From assembly GCA_950097015.1 (NCBI GenBank), contig CATNEN010000007.1, positions 3,596,001 through 3,660,000 on the forward strand: a stretch of 64,000 bases of DNA, written 5' to 3'. A model generated the notes under the pieces. It worked only from the letters and a program-made list of their open reading frames with translations. It had not been told where the DNA came from and did no database searches. How positions within the stretch are numbered: position 1 is the first letter of the stretch; each line of letters opens with the position of its first letter. This document shows, piece by piece, positions 13,122 through 25,440 of the stretch. The position numbers and the translations under genes were made by a program. The stretch comes from Macrostomum hystrix. Lineage: Eukaryota > Animalia > Platyhelminthes.

Positions 13122-14077
13122 TATTAAATTGAACACAGCTTTGATTGAAGATCAAATGTTAAAACAAAAACTTACTGATTTTGTTATATCTGCACACGTA
13201 GTTGGCCTCTGAAATTGAGTTTTTGAGAACAAAAAAGTGAGAATAAATTTCAAAGGTCTAGCGAATTTATGTAGAGTAGTTTGTTCAATGTGACCAACTC
13301 ACTCAGGTAGTTGCACAGCTGCACCAGTGACTGTGCTGATGTGTCCAGACTGTCGGAATCAGCGCTCTTTGATGAGCTGGCCTGCAGGAAATTCGTATTG
13401 TGAATGAATTAGTTGATGGCTTCAAAAGAATTAGTTGATAGCGCAGGTAAATCTTACGGAGCTCGACGCGATTGAAGAATTTGAGTTCTGTCGCCTGGCC
13501 TGGCTCGACTGACTTGACGATGTCTGGCCGTATCCGTGGACTCGATTCAGCGGTGGCAGTTTCAGAACCTGTGGTGATTTATGTTGCCTTTCTGATCAGC
13601 ATTCGGAGATCTTATTGTTAGCTTTGTCTGATTGGCGAGCACAGTTCTTAATGTTCAAACCGAGTACTTTTAGATATTACGTAAACAGTTATTTCAACGC
13701 AATGAGCAAACTGGATTCGTATTATTTCTCACCTTAGCTTTTGCTGCCATGCTTGGGTTAGCTGAAATTCGTAGAGTAAGTTACATTTATTGATATCAGA
13801 TCAAAAGTTAACCAAAGTGAGAGAATTAAGTAATTCTGTGATTAACTAATTCTCTAATTCTCTCAGGCATTATTGTGTTATGCTTTTCTACTTTGAGGAA
13901 GCGATCAACCCACTTGTATTTGCTTACGTCTCCACAAAATCATTGATTCTTAAAAATGTACTTTTGTTATGTATTTCTTTGAAACTTTTTTATCTGGTAG
14001 TGCCACTGAGGGCTTTCTATCACGATGACGTTAAGGTACTGCCAGAAAAAAAATTTATTGCAAAGCCAATCTTGCAC

Positions 14078-14545
14078 TGGGGTGAGCGGCAGAGCGGACA
14101 AACGCGTTTGCCTCTCGCACCAAGGTCCCTGAGCTCGATTCCGGGGTGAGGCCACATTCGTTTGGGGCGCAGCCGTGGAGAGAAGGCTTGGGGGGGCTTG
14201 TCGTGTAATACACGCCGTTGAGGACCAACCTCCAAGTTACAGGGAGAGTGTACTGTTGTGTTCTAATTGACACAAGAGTTTTGTTGATTGAAGTTTCACG
14301 CTCAGAGACACAAGTCTCGCTCACATTATATTTATAGAGTTCATCTCCTACTTGCACGTTGCTTAATAATGCACGTTGACAAATCAATACGCAATCCTAC
14401 TCACTCTAGCCTGAGTGCAGTATGCGCCCACGCACGCATTCAATATGGTCAATAGTTCATTGTCAGTTTTCAAGCATATGCGCAAGCATTGTCAATCACA
14501 ACATGTACACTGCCTGACGATGAGAAAGTCAGGGCTGATGTATCA
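14078..14545 (+). mobile_element. tRNA-derived SINE family A, interrupted by a solo LTR
   Basis: Head and body run to GAGAGTGTAC at 14253 and resume at TGTACACTGCCTGACGATGAGAAAGTCAGGGC from 14504. Confidence 0.85.
14254..14503. mobile_element. Solo LTR (250 bp)
   Basis: Termini TGTTGTG...CACAACA (TG...CA with inverted repeat). 5-bp TSD TGTAC at 14249-14253 and 14504-14508. Removing it restores the SINE consensus. Confidence 0.8.
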
Positions 14546-15504
14546 TTACCCTGACAGTTCGATTGTCACCAAATGGTGTATCCATTATCTTGCACAGATG
14601 AAGCTAAGTAAGGCAATTTTTAGTACTTACTAACAATGAGGTCTATCCACAGTTGTTTGATCAGTACTTGCGACGCAATCTCTCCCTAGAAAGACACCGA
14701 AAGCAGGCTTATTTTGGGAAGGCAGCTCGGTATGAGCAAGTTTTTGGACAGCCTGAATGCATTCGCGATGGTAGAAGTGGAGTCAGGCACATAAAAAGTC
14801 AGGTTCTTTTTATGATCCCCGCGGCCTCTGCAATTGTCATTGTGCATAAATAGCAAACTAAGCTATCTGTGTGAGTCCCGTTTCTCCTCTCCCTCTGCCC
14901 CCCCAGGCCCTCTAATCTCCAAGAGCCTATATCCATAGTTCCACAGTGAACCTTCCAGCCCTCACCCCAGGTGCTCACTCCTCAAAGCAAGCCATAGCAA
15001 TTTCTACTCTGCCTATTATCCCTAATTCGGCGCACCTGCGCTGACACACTAAGCTAGCTAATTACTGTGCAGTCAGCAGGTTCACACACTCACAGACAAC
15101 TCCACTAGAGTATAGCAGAGCACACACTGCATCGACTGGCAATAACTCACCTGTCTCACCAGTCGGCCCGCGGGCTTTCTATCTGGTCCTATCCTTCTGT
15201 CGCATTGCAGTGCCAAATATCACTCAAAATGAAGCTTTTGTATAGGATATCCATAGTGACTATATTCTCATCGATGTTTTTTTTTAAATTCACACTCAAA
15301 GAAATCAGCATTGCTTAAACGTGCACTACATTTTTTACCTTTTTATATTGAATTAAATATACTAAAGCATCCAGCCTGCTTAAAAACTGAATTATAAGGA
15401 TTGCCCCATGAAGCTGTTGTCGGCTGATGCTGACGTCACTTTAAATTGATGATGGACTTGATGATACTCATCACATGTAGCATTCTATCCAAGCTCATAT
15501 GAGA

Positions 15505-16870
15505 TTATGAATTCTAGATAATAAACCATCTAGGATTCTAGATAAAGAACCATCTGGGATTCTAGATAAAGAATAAACTGGGATTCTAGATAAAGAACCA
15601 TCTGGGATTCTAGATAAAGAACCATCTAGGATTCTAGATAAAGAACCATCTGGGATTCTAGATAAAGAATAAACTGGGATTCTAGATAAAGAACCATCTA
15701 GGATTCTAGATAAAGAACCATCTGGGATTCTAGATAAAGAATAAACTGGGATTCTAGATAAAGAACCATCTGGGATTCTAGATAAAGAATAAACTGGGAT
15801 TCTAGATAAAGAACCAAATGGGATTCTAGATAAAAAAACCATCTAGGATTCTAGACAAAGAGCCACCTAGGATTCTGGATAAAGAACCAAATGGGATTCT
15901 AGATAAAGAACCATCTGGGATTCTAGATAAAGAATAAACTGGGATTCTAGATAAAGAACCAAATGGGATTCTAGATAAAAAAACCATCTAGGATTCTAGA
16001 CAAAGAGCCACCTAGGATTCTGGATAAAGAACCAAATGGGATTCTAGATAAAGAATAAACTGGGATTCTAGATAAAGAACCAAATGGGATTCTAGATAAA
16101 GAATAAACTGGGATTCTAGATAAAGAACCAAATGGGATTCTAGATAAAGAACCATCTGGGATTCTAGATAAAGAATAAACTGGGATTCTAGATAAAGAAC
16201 CAAATGGGATTCTAGATAAAAAAACCATCTAGGATTCTAGACAAAGAGCCACCTAGGATTCTGGATAAAGAACCAAATGGGATTCTAGATAAAGAATAAA
16301 CTGGGATTCTAGATAAAGAACCAAATGGGATTCTAGATAAAGAATAAACTGGGATTCTAGATAAAGAACCAAATGGGATTCTAGATAAAGAACCATCTGG
16401 GATTCTAGATAAAGAATAAACTGGGATTCTAGATAAAGAACCAAATGGGATTCTAGATAAAAAAACCATCTAGGATTCTAGACAAAGAGCCACCTAGGAT
16501 TCTGGATAAAGAACCAAATGGGATTCTAGATAAAGAACTAACTGGGATTCTGGATAAAGAATCAAATGAGACTCTAGATAAAGAAACAAATGGGATTCTG
16601 GATAAAGATCCAAATGGGATTATGGATAAAGAACCAAATGGGACTCTGGATAAAGAACCAAATGGGACTCTAGATAAAGAACCGTCTGGAATTTTAGATA
16701 AAGAACCAGTTGGGATTCTAGATAAAGAACAATCTGGGATTCTAGATAAAGAATAAACTGGGATTCTAGATAAAGAACCAACTAGGATTCTAGATAAAGA
16801 GCCAACTAGGATTCTAGATAAAGAATAAACTGGGATTCTAGATAAAGAACCATCTGGGATTCTAGATAAA
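15505..16870. repeat. 24-bp minisatellite (GGGATTCTAGATAAAGAACCATCT) with 241-bp higher-order repeat
   Basis: ORFs 15971-16228 and 16212-16469 translate identically at an offset of 241. Confidence 0.95.
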
Positions 16871-17077
16871 GAACCAAATTGGACTCTCGATAAAGAATTT
16901 GCCTTTGTTGCCCAATTTGTTTAAAAAAAATTGACAATTGCTGTCTTTATTTATTAGCTGAATTTTCAGTCACATGCGTGTAATGCAAAACTTTCTCGCT
17001 CAAAGATAACGGAAATCTATAAAATAGAGTATCGATAAAACTTTTGTATTTCAGTGCCGCATAAAATGGGATCTCAG

Positions 17078-17595
17078 TGCGATACTTTGGGATCTCAGTG
17101 CGATACTTTGGGATCTCAGTGCGATACTTTGGGATCTCAGTGCGATACTTTGGGATCTCAGTGCGATACTTTGGGATCTCAGTGCGATACTTTGGGATCT
17201 CAGTGCGATACTTTGGGATCTCAGTGCGATACTTTGGGATCTCAGTGCGATACTTTGGGATCTCAGTGCGATACTTTGGGATCTCAGTGCGATACTTTGG
17301 GATCTCAGTGCGATACTTTGGGATCTCAGTGCGATACTTTGGGATCTCAGTGCGATACTTTGGGATCTCAGTGCGATACTTTGGGATCTCAGTGCGATAC
17401 TTTGGGATCTCAGTGCGATACTTTGGGATCTCAGTGCGATACTTTGGGATCTCAGTGCGATACTTTGGGATCTCAGTGCGATACTTTGGGATCTCAGTGC
17501 GATACTTTGGGATCTCAGTGCGATACTTTGGGATCTCAGTGCGATACTTTGGGATCTCAGTGCGATACTGTGGGATCTCAGTGCGATACTTTAGG
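17078..17595. repeat. Near-perfect 21-bp minisatellite (GGGATCTCAGTGCGATACTTT), about 24 copies
   Basis: Directly visible, with variants only at the right edge. Confidence 0.97.
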
Positions 17596-17742
17596 ATTTT
17601 TGTACGGAAATTCAGTGTTATACAACGGATACGCGGCTCAGGGTATTGGTCCTGTGTAGATCTTAGACTTCGATCCTCTAGTTAAGCATTCTGTGACTGC
17701 TATTATATGCTACCCTGGTTAGTTGTTTGTGGCCACTGGCAG

Positions 17743-19929
17743 TCAATACGGTCCCACCCGACCCCGCCTGCCGTGGCAGGTGATCAACCGGTTGAAGCAA
17801 TGCCGGAAGGTCGGGTTGAAGCAGTAGTAGAACAAGCCGCTGGTTCCGTTGGCGATGTAGTGCAGCATGTACAGATAGTCGGAGATCAGCTGGCCCGTCT
17901 GCGAGTCCAAGTGCACTTCAACGCCTAGGGTTGGCAAAGCGCTGAATCCAACGGTGGGCAGGTTTGTCAGCAGGTAGAATGCTGATAGAACCAGGATCAA
18001 GACTGTCCCAGAACGGCGCTGTGAGTCCAAGTCGCCTTTCGACTGGAAAATTAGTCATTGTGAATGCTAACTTCGCTTCTAATTAATTTCCGTTCCCGCA
18101 ACAAAATCCAGACCATTGGAGAGGTAATGCTAAAGATTAAAATTATAATTAGCAATCGTTTTATAAATGTTGATAATGCTAAAAATGCTAACTGCTACTA
18201 AACTGTATTAGTAGTATGCCATAAAACGCTCTTCAAGACTTGTACAGCGCCGTACACAACCATTTACCTTAGAAGTAACAAAACTCAGGTAAGGTATCTT
18301 CAGTGTCCGGAAGGTAACTTTAGTGTCTCGAAGGTACGTATATAAAGTGTCCCGAAGGTATCTTCAGTGTCCGGAAGGTAACTTTAGTGTCCCGAAGATA
18401 TCTTCAGTGTCCCGAAGGTAACTTCAGTGTCCCGAAGGTATACTTAGTGTCCCGAAGGTATACTTAGTGTCCCGAAGGTATCTTCAGTGTCCGGAAGGTA
18501 ACTTTAGTGTCCCGAAGGTACGTATATTAAGTGTCCCGAAGGTATCTTCAGTTTCCGGAAGGTAACTTTAGTGTCCCGAAGGTAACTTTAGTGTCCCGAA
18601 GGTATCTTCAGTGTCCCGAAGGTATACTTAGTGTCTCGAAGGTATCTTTAGTGTCCGGAAAGTATCTTCAGTGTCTCGAAGGTATCTTCAGTGTCCCGAA
18701 GGTATCTTCAGTGTCTCGAAGGTATCTTTAGTGTCCCGAAGGTATCTTCAGTGTCTCGAAGGTATCTTCAGTGTCTCGAAGGTATCTTCAGTGTCCCGAA
18801 GGTATCTTCAGTGTCTCGAAGGTATATTCAGTGTCCCGAAGGTATATTCAGTGTCCCGAAGGTATCTTCAGTGTCCCAAAGGTATCTTCAGTGTCTCGAA
18901 TGTATCTTCAGTGTGCCGAAGTTAACTTTAGTGTCCCGAAGGTATCTTCAGTGTCCCGAAGGTATACTTAGTGTCTCGAAGGTATCTTCAGTGTCCCAAA
19001 GGTATCTTCAGTGTCTCGAATGTATCTTCAGTGTGCCGAAGTTAACTTTAGTGTCCCGAATGTATCTTAAGTGTCCGGAAGGTATCTTAAGTGTCCGGAA
19101 GGTAAGTTTAGTGTCTCGAAGGTATCGTCAGTGCATTATTTTAAAAACCAATAAAGGCAATATTGAACCTCACTTTAGAGTTTATTTTAGTATGTCATTC
19201 CATGGCTACTTGAGTGGACAGTCAGGTGAAACTCACGTTGGTCTGAAACTGCTGCTTAGTTTTCCTAGCCAGTCGGTAGAGTGCAATCACGAGGCCGAGG
19301 TTACAGCTGATCAGCACGGTACACGGGATCACCGAGTACATGACGAAGTCCACCATGCGAAATGACTTAGCTAAATCTGTCCTTAGGTACGTGCATTGAA
19401 TAACCCACTGATCTGTTTCAGCCGAAGTTGAGTTACTACTCGAATTAGAAGGAGCACTGTCAAAGTAGGTGCGAGTGCCCAGGTTAAAGAACAGCACCAC
19501 ATTGCGAGCGGCAGATACTAGGAACAATGCACTCAGCAGCAGCGGCACAAACACTCGGGAGGTTTGCGGCGCACGCCAGGTTGGCCGCAGGATGCAGACT
19601 AGGCGAACAGCGGACATTGCCGCGAGAATCCAGAGGGCCAGGTCACCGAATAAGTACACCAGGAAGGTGTGAAGTCGGCAGGCTGGCTCGCTCAGGAATC
19701 GGATGTCGTACAGGAAGAACAGGCGGATCCAGTAGCGCGACACCGCTGTTAAGAGGACCAGAGCGTCCGCGACAGACAGTGACACGAACAGTCGCCTGGT
19801 GTTGGGACCGGCCAGGCTTGGAAACCGGACAAAGATCACCGCCGACATGATGTGGCCGAACAGTCCGCCGAATAGCAGGATGGTCAGGTAGACTTTGTAG
19901 GCCGTGTTAATTGCACTTTCCGTACTCAT
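17743..19929 (-). CDS. Class A (rhodopsin-like) peptide-receptor-type GPCR, 2 exons, 330 aa
   Basis: Exon 19237-19929 (TM1-5; SLSVADALVLL, C in ECL1/TM3, FVMYSVIPC) and exon 17743-18042 (TM6-7; AFYLLTNLP). Donor AAC|GTGAGT and acceptor TTTTCCAG join in phase 0. Confidence 0.88.
18295..19125. repeat. 20-bp minisatellite (GTGTCCCGAAGGTATCTTCA), about 40 copies, in the GPCR intron
   Basis: Directly visible; the unit contains a GAAG-GTAT-CTTC mini-palindrome. Confidence 0.95.
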
Positions 19930-21369
19930 GATGGCTGCCTAAGTGTTTAAATATCAAAGTTTGCTAAGGCCATTCAAGCGCTCAATTTAGATAAGCTCAA
20001 GTATATTTATCTGATTAGCCAGCAAACGAATATGCTCAAATATTAATCTGATTAAAAATGTTTTTTTTCGTGAAATCCTCAAACCAAGATTTAAAAAAAA
20101 AACTACATACCAAAAACCAACTTCAGTTGAAAGGGAAATCAAAGTGCGACTATATAGAGTCAGATACAGATGATTCAGTTTATTTTCCAGCGAGCACTCT
20201 CTTGGTACACCTTTGGGATTAAAACAGTTTTTATGCGGTTAAGATGCCAGTGCTGCTGACGAGGCTTTGGATTGGCTGTTCAGAGAGCATCGAACACGAA
20301 GCTTTTTGCGGTTAAAGTTAAAGCTAATGTATACGCCCGCTACATAGTTCGTGCATAAAAATCGATGAAATTCTGCCGGCAGCAGGCCGCAAGCAAATGA
20401 CCGGAAAAGAGTTTCAATTTCGATTCGATTGTTACTGTTTTTTTAGTTTGATCAAAACGTTTAGTACAAGCACGCCTAAAATGACTGAATGGTCTCTAAA
20501 AGTGCTCTAAAAGTGCCTCAGAAGAGAGCGCATGCACAAAAAGTAAGAACTGGGAGATGATGCACTTAAGGTCCAAATAATTAGTTGCCATGCATCCGAA
20601 CTCGGATTATGACAAAGTGTAGCATCCAGGTTGAAACAAAAACAGGTTAGACAGTTTTTGTGGCCTGAGCCTTTTCTATCAGATCTGCTTCCGGCCCGCC
20701 GTCTGATTGCGAAGCTCTGTGGCACTGACAACAAAGTCAACTTCGTGCCGACAGCTCGCAGCTTCAGCCGTCAAACAAGTTCATGAAATTGCCCTTCCTC
20801 CCACTATGCATAGAAATTCAAACAAAGGGTCATTTCAGACATGGGAAGCCTGACGTGAAATAGCACCGCAACCAATTTTACTAAGCAAGCACTGGCGTTG
20901 CCGGCTTAAGTCAACAGCTGTGGATGACGTCAATGAAAGCTGCGAAAGCATTTGATGTAACGCAGCTAGGCTGCACTGATCTAAGCTCAGCAAGCCGGCC
21001 CCTCTACTTTATGAGCTGAAATTGCGTTGCAATTCGGGCAAGTTGCGACTTAAAGATGATTTTTTCCAGCTCGTTGCCCGAGTATATTCGGATTGTTAAA
21101 TTGGAAAACCTTACTTTCTCTCATGGGCTTAAAATATAAGCTTATGATGCGAAATATGGCTTCATATGTACCAGCAGACTAAATAGAAGGAATAAGATTT
21201 ATAATATTAGTCTCTACCATTGTGAAATGACAGTTAAGGAATATAACTGGAATTTTTTCTTTGATTCCTATCAAGACAGGAAATTGAGAAATAAGTCCTT
21301 TTGTTAAGGACATAGTTCTGATCCACTATGAGTCGATTTAATAACTCGCGAACGTTTCGGACAGGCGGC

Positions 21370-24109
21370 TCACTTGAGGAACTTGTGCTGCAGCAGCCTG
21401 GAGGCCTCCGGTCGATTCTGAGGCAACTTTTCAACACACAGGTGGTAGAAGTCGCGCAGCTCGCTTGACATGCTGCGCGGGAGCTCCGGCATGGGCTTGC
21501 TGTTAACCGTCACGGCCAACAAGAACTGCATTCGAATTTCACTGTTCGGCGGCTCCATGGTGCCCATTTCGAACACGGTGCAGCCCAAGGCCCAAACGTC
21601 TGTCTTTGAAGTATAGGCGACACCGTCTTCTTCCGGAGACAGAATCTCCGGGGCCATGAAGAAGGGAGTGCCGCACTGGGTCTGCGTCATCATCATCTGC
21701 GAGCTGCTGATCTCGCGGGCGAAGCCAAAGTCAATGAGCTTGACAATGCCCGGATTGGTGAGCATGATGTTTGAGGACTTGATGTCGCGATGAATGATCG
21801 GCTTTGGTAGGCTGTGCAGGTGTTTCAGGGCTTGGCACACCTGCGCCAGTTTGAGTAGGGTAAGTTTGATATAGGAACGCACACTGTACATTCGGTCAAG
21901 CTTCAGGAAAAACTCATAAAACATCAGATTAACACTTGCCTGAATGGTAAACTTCTTAATACCATCTTCAGGGATAGGCTTCTTCTGCTGTCTCATGATT
22001 ACTTCAATGGTGCATCCAGATAGGAGTTCCGAGAAGATGTAGAATTTTCCATCCTTCTCTTCGGCCTTGAGGAAGCGAACAATGTTCTCGTGTCGGACGT
22101 AGCGTAGGAGGTCCATAGCCTGCTTTTCCGACATAAAGATTCGCCTCTGGGCTTCAGTGCTCATCGGCACGTGCGGCTTGATGACCTTCACAGCCACGAA
22201 CTGGTGCCGGTCGGTGAAGGCTTTGTAGACCTTGCCGAAGCCGCCGGTTCCTATTGGCTTCTTCTTGTCATCCTCAATAAAATATTCCCAGTGCTCGAAG
22301 GAGTCGTCAATCTCCGCTGTCGGTGTTGACGGCTGGCGTGGAAGACTTGGGTAGGATGGCGGGTCGGGCGTCGGCCTGTGAGGTTTTGGGAATTAGTGAC
22401 GTAGGTTTGCTTAGAAAAGGTTTTCATAGATCGAACGCGAAAAAACACGGATTACAGCATTTACTCACTCATCTGGGTTGCTCACGGATGAACGGCCGTT
22501 GCCGCCGCCACCGCCGCCGCCCCCCTGCAACAGGTGCAGAAGGTGCCGATTGCCCTGTCCGTTAGCAATCTGGGCCGCGTTCTTGCCTTTCTTGTTTCGA
22601 GCATTAAGATTGGCACCGGCCTCAACCAGCAGCCGCACCACCGTACAGTTCATATCATCGGCGCCCGCAGCGATCATGATGGGCGTGTTGCCGTCGGAGT
22701 CCGGCTTGTCCAGAGCCACTCCGTTCTGATCGAGATAGCCGAGGAGCTGGTGATTAGCGTGTTTAGCAGCGTAGTGAGCAACCGTCTGGCCAGCACGGTC
22801 GGCCACCCGGATGTTGCAGCCGCGTTTGTGCAGCAGCTGCACAGTGGCGAAGCAGTTTTTCTCGGCGGCGCACAGAATGGCTGTCTCGCCCTGACGGTTT
22901 TTTAGATCCAATGGTGCTCCATGGTCGGCCAGCAGCCTCACGATGGCCTCCTGTTTACAGTAGGCGGCGCGTAGAGCTGGACTCACACCGTTTGCGTTCT
23001 GATGGCCAGCATTGCAGCCCTCCTTGAGTAGGTACTCAACCGTCTCTAGTGGCCCGACTTGGCATGCTGCCAGCAGCGGCGTTTCACCGTCCTTTGAGTT
23101 AGGCGTATCGAGCATCAGGCCATGGCTGCGCAATGTTTTTAGCAACGGTAAGCGTTGCGCAATGACCGCAAGGTGAGCGTAGCCGTAGCCATTGCGATCT
23201 TCGAAGGTGAATTCCTTTGTTCTACTGGCCAGAAGGCGCACGATCCGGTCCGGAGAGCTGCTGACTATCGAACAGGCGAGCGGCGTCAGGCCCTGACTGT
23301 CAGCAGCGTCCGTGTTTGCCCCGGCGTCCAGCAGCATCTTCATGGCTGTCTCGCGACCATTGAGCACCGCTGAAAACAGCGCAGTTCGCTTGTTGGAATT
23401 CCGGTGATTTACCCGGCTCCTGGCCAGCAGGATCTTCAGAATTTTGTCGTGTCCGTTTTGAGCAGCGCAGAACAGGGGGATGTTGCCTTCAGAGTCGGCG
23501 ATGTTGTAATCGGCGCGACTGCGCTCCAGCCGTTCTATGATGTCTAGGTGACCGTTTAGAGCAGCCACAAACGCCAGAGTGCGACCATCGCTCAGTTGAG
23601 CATCGCACGCAGATTTTTTCGGGTTGCGGTCCAGCCAGAACTCAATCAGCTCAAGGTTGCCCTCCTGCGCGCAGTGCATCAGTAGCGAGCCGTGGATTCG
23701 CTCGTCAAATTGCAGAGCTGATCGTTTCCGCTCCATCATCTTGACCAGGCCGAGGTTGCCCTTGATCAGAGCCAGGTCCGTCGCTGTCAGGCCCTTCTTG
23801 TTCTTTAACCGCATCTCGGCGTTCCGTTCGACAAGCACTAGAGCTGTCTGCCACTCCTTCTGCATTATGGCTATCATCAATGGAGTGTCGCCGTCTTCGT
23901 CAGCGACGTCAACGTCTGCTCCAGAGTTTAGCAGTGTAGCTACAGTGCTCTCGTGGCCTTGGTGCGCAGCTAGGTGTAGCGCCGTCAGCTTCTTCTCGCC
24001 ACGGAAGTCGGGATCAACGCCGGAAGCGACCAGTCGCTGGCACATCGAGCCGTTGCCATCGATGGCAGCTTTCAACAGCAGCATCGAGTTACCACGATTC
24101 TGACCTTGG

Positions 24110-24148
<39 letters not shown>

Positions 24149-24357
24149 ACCAAGTCAGCCAGTAGCCTGGCAAATAGACTGGCACCACTGCTGGAGTCTA
24201 GGGAGTGGTGGGGAATAATTTTTGTGAATGCCACTACTTGAAGTGGTAAAGGCGAATGTTTTAACCGAATGACTATTATCATCAATACACAAATAGACTG
24301 TGGAATATTCGTTTTTTTGCTTTTGTCAAGCAGGTGTGGTGCCAGGGCACTGAGCAC
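21370..24357 (-). CDS. Ankyrin-repeat protein with C-terminal Ser/Thr kinase (STE/MAP3K-like); true 5' end uncertain
   Basis: About 16 ankyrin repeats after a polyQ tract. The exon ends GA|GTGAGT at 22469 and joins in frame to an exon from 22375 (IGTGGFGKVYKA, VAVK, HRDIKSSN, DFG, GTPFFMAPE, DVWALG). A 99-nt GC-AG intron lies at 21841-21939. Confidence 0.88.
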
Positions 24358-24459
24358 TTGCTCTGCACTGTATATAGAATGGATGATTATTTATTGCTGC
24401 GTGACTATATCTGACACAGATTTGATAACTGCTACGTATTAGCCACCCTAATTCTGAGC

Positions 24460-25440
24460 ATCACTTCGTGGTCCAAGCAGGAACTGTCCTGCATCACATG
24501 ACCACTTCGTGGTGGTCCAAGCAGGAACTGTCCTGCATTACATGACCACTTCGTGGTCCAAGCAGAAACTGTCCTGCATCAGATTGACCACTTCGAGGTG
24601 GTCCAAGCAGGAACTGTCCTGCATCACATGACCACTTCGTGGTGGTCCAAGCAGGAACTGTCCTGCATCACATGACCACTTCGAGGTGGTCCAAGCAGGA
24701 ACTGTCCTGCATCACATGACCACTTCGTGGTGGTCCAAGCAGGAACTGTCCTGCATCACATGACCACTTCGAGGTGGTCCAAGCAGGAACTGTCCTGCAT
24801 CACATGACCACTTCGAGGTGGTCCAAGCAGGAACTGTCCTGCATCACATGACTACTTCGTGGTCCAAGCAGGAACTGTCCTGCATCACATGACCACTTCG
24901 AGGTGTTCCAAGCAGGAACTGTCCTGCATCACATGACTACTTCGTGCTGGTCCAAGCAGGAACTGTCCTGCATCACATGACCACTTCGAGGTGGTCCAAG
25001 CAGGAACTGTCCTGCATCACATGACCACTTCGTGGTGGTCCAAGCAGGAACTGTCCTGCATCACATGACCACTTCGTGGTCCAAGCAGGAACTGTCCTTC
25101 ATCACATGACCACTTCGAGGTGTTCCAAGCAGGAACTGTCCTGCATTACATGACCACTTCGTGGTCCAAGCAGAAACTGTCCTGCATCAGATTGACCACT
25201 TCGAGGTGGTCCAAGCAGGAACTGTCCTGCATCACATGACCACTTCGTGGTGGTCCAAGCAGGAACTGTCCTGCATCACATGACCACTTCGAGGTGTTCC
25301 AAGCAGGAACTGTCCTGCATCACATGACCACTTCGTGGTGGTCCAAGCAGGAACTGCCCTGCATCACATGACCACTTCGAGGTGGTCCAAGCAGGAACTG
25401 TCCTGCATCACATGACCACTTCGTGGTCCAAGCAGGAACC
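24460..25440. repeat. 44/41-bp minisatellite (CACTTCG[TGG]TGGTCCAAGCAGGAACTGTCCTGCATCACATGAC), about 22 copies
   Basis: Head-to-tail units with no spacers; internal hairpins GACCAC-TTC-GTGGTC and GCAGG-AACTGT-CCTGC. Confidence 0.95.

Noticed and set aside
14512-14540. Hammerhead core CTGACGA...GAAA in SINE A
   Set aside because: Only 3 nt separate the core halves (no stem II) and there is no stem III or NUH. A simple hairpin explains the sequence.
20890-21000. SECIS-like or regulatory hairpin downstream of the kinase (GCCGGCTT...AAGCCGGC; AGCTGCG...CGCAGCT)
   Set aside because: It lacks the paired GA quartet, the stems are short, and no in-frame TGA gene needs it.
24460-25440. CRISPR array (hairpin-forming repeats of about 40 bp); the 34-bp array at 59253-60785 was also considered
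   Set aside because: Units are head-to-tail with no unique spacers, there are no cas genes, and the context is eukaryotic.
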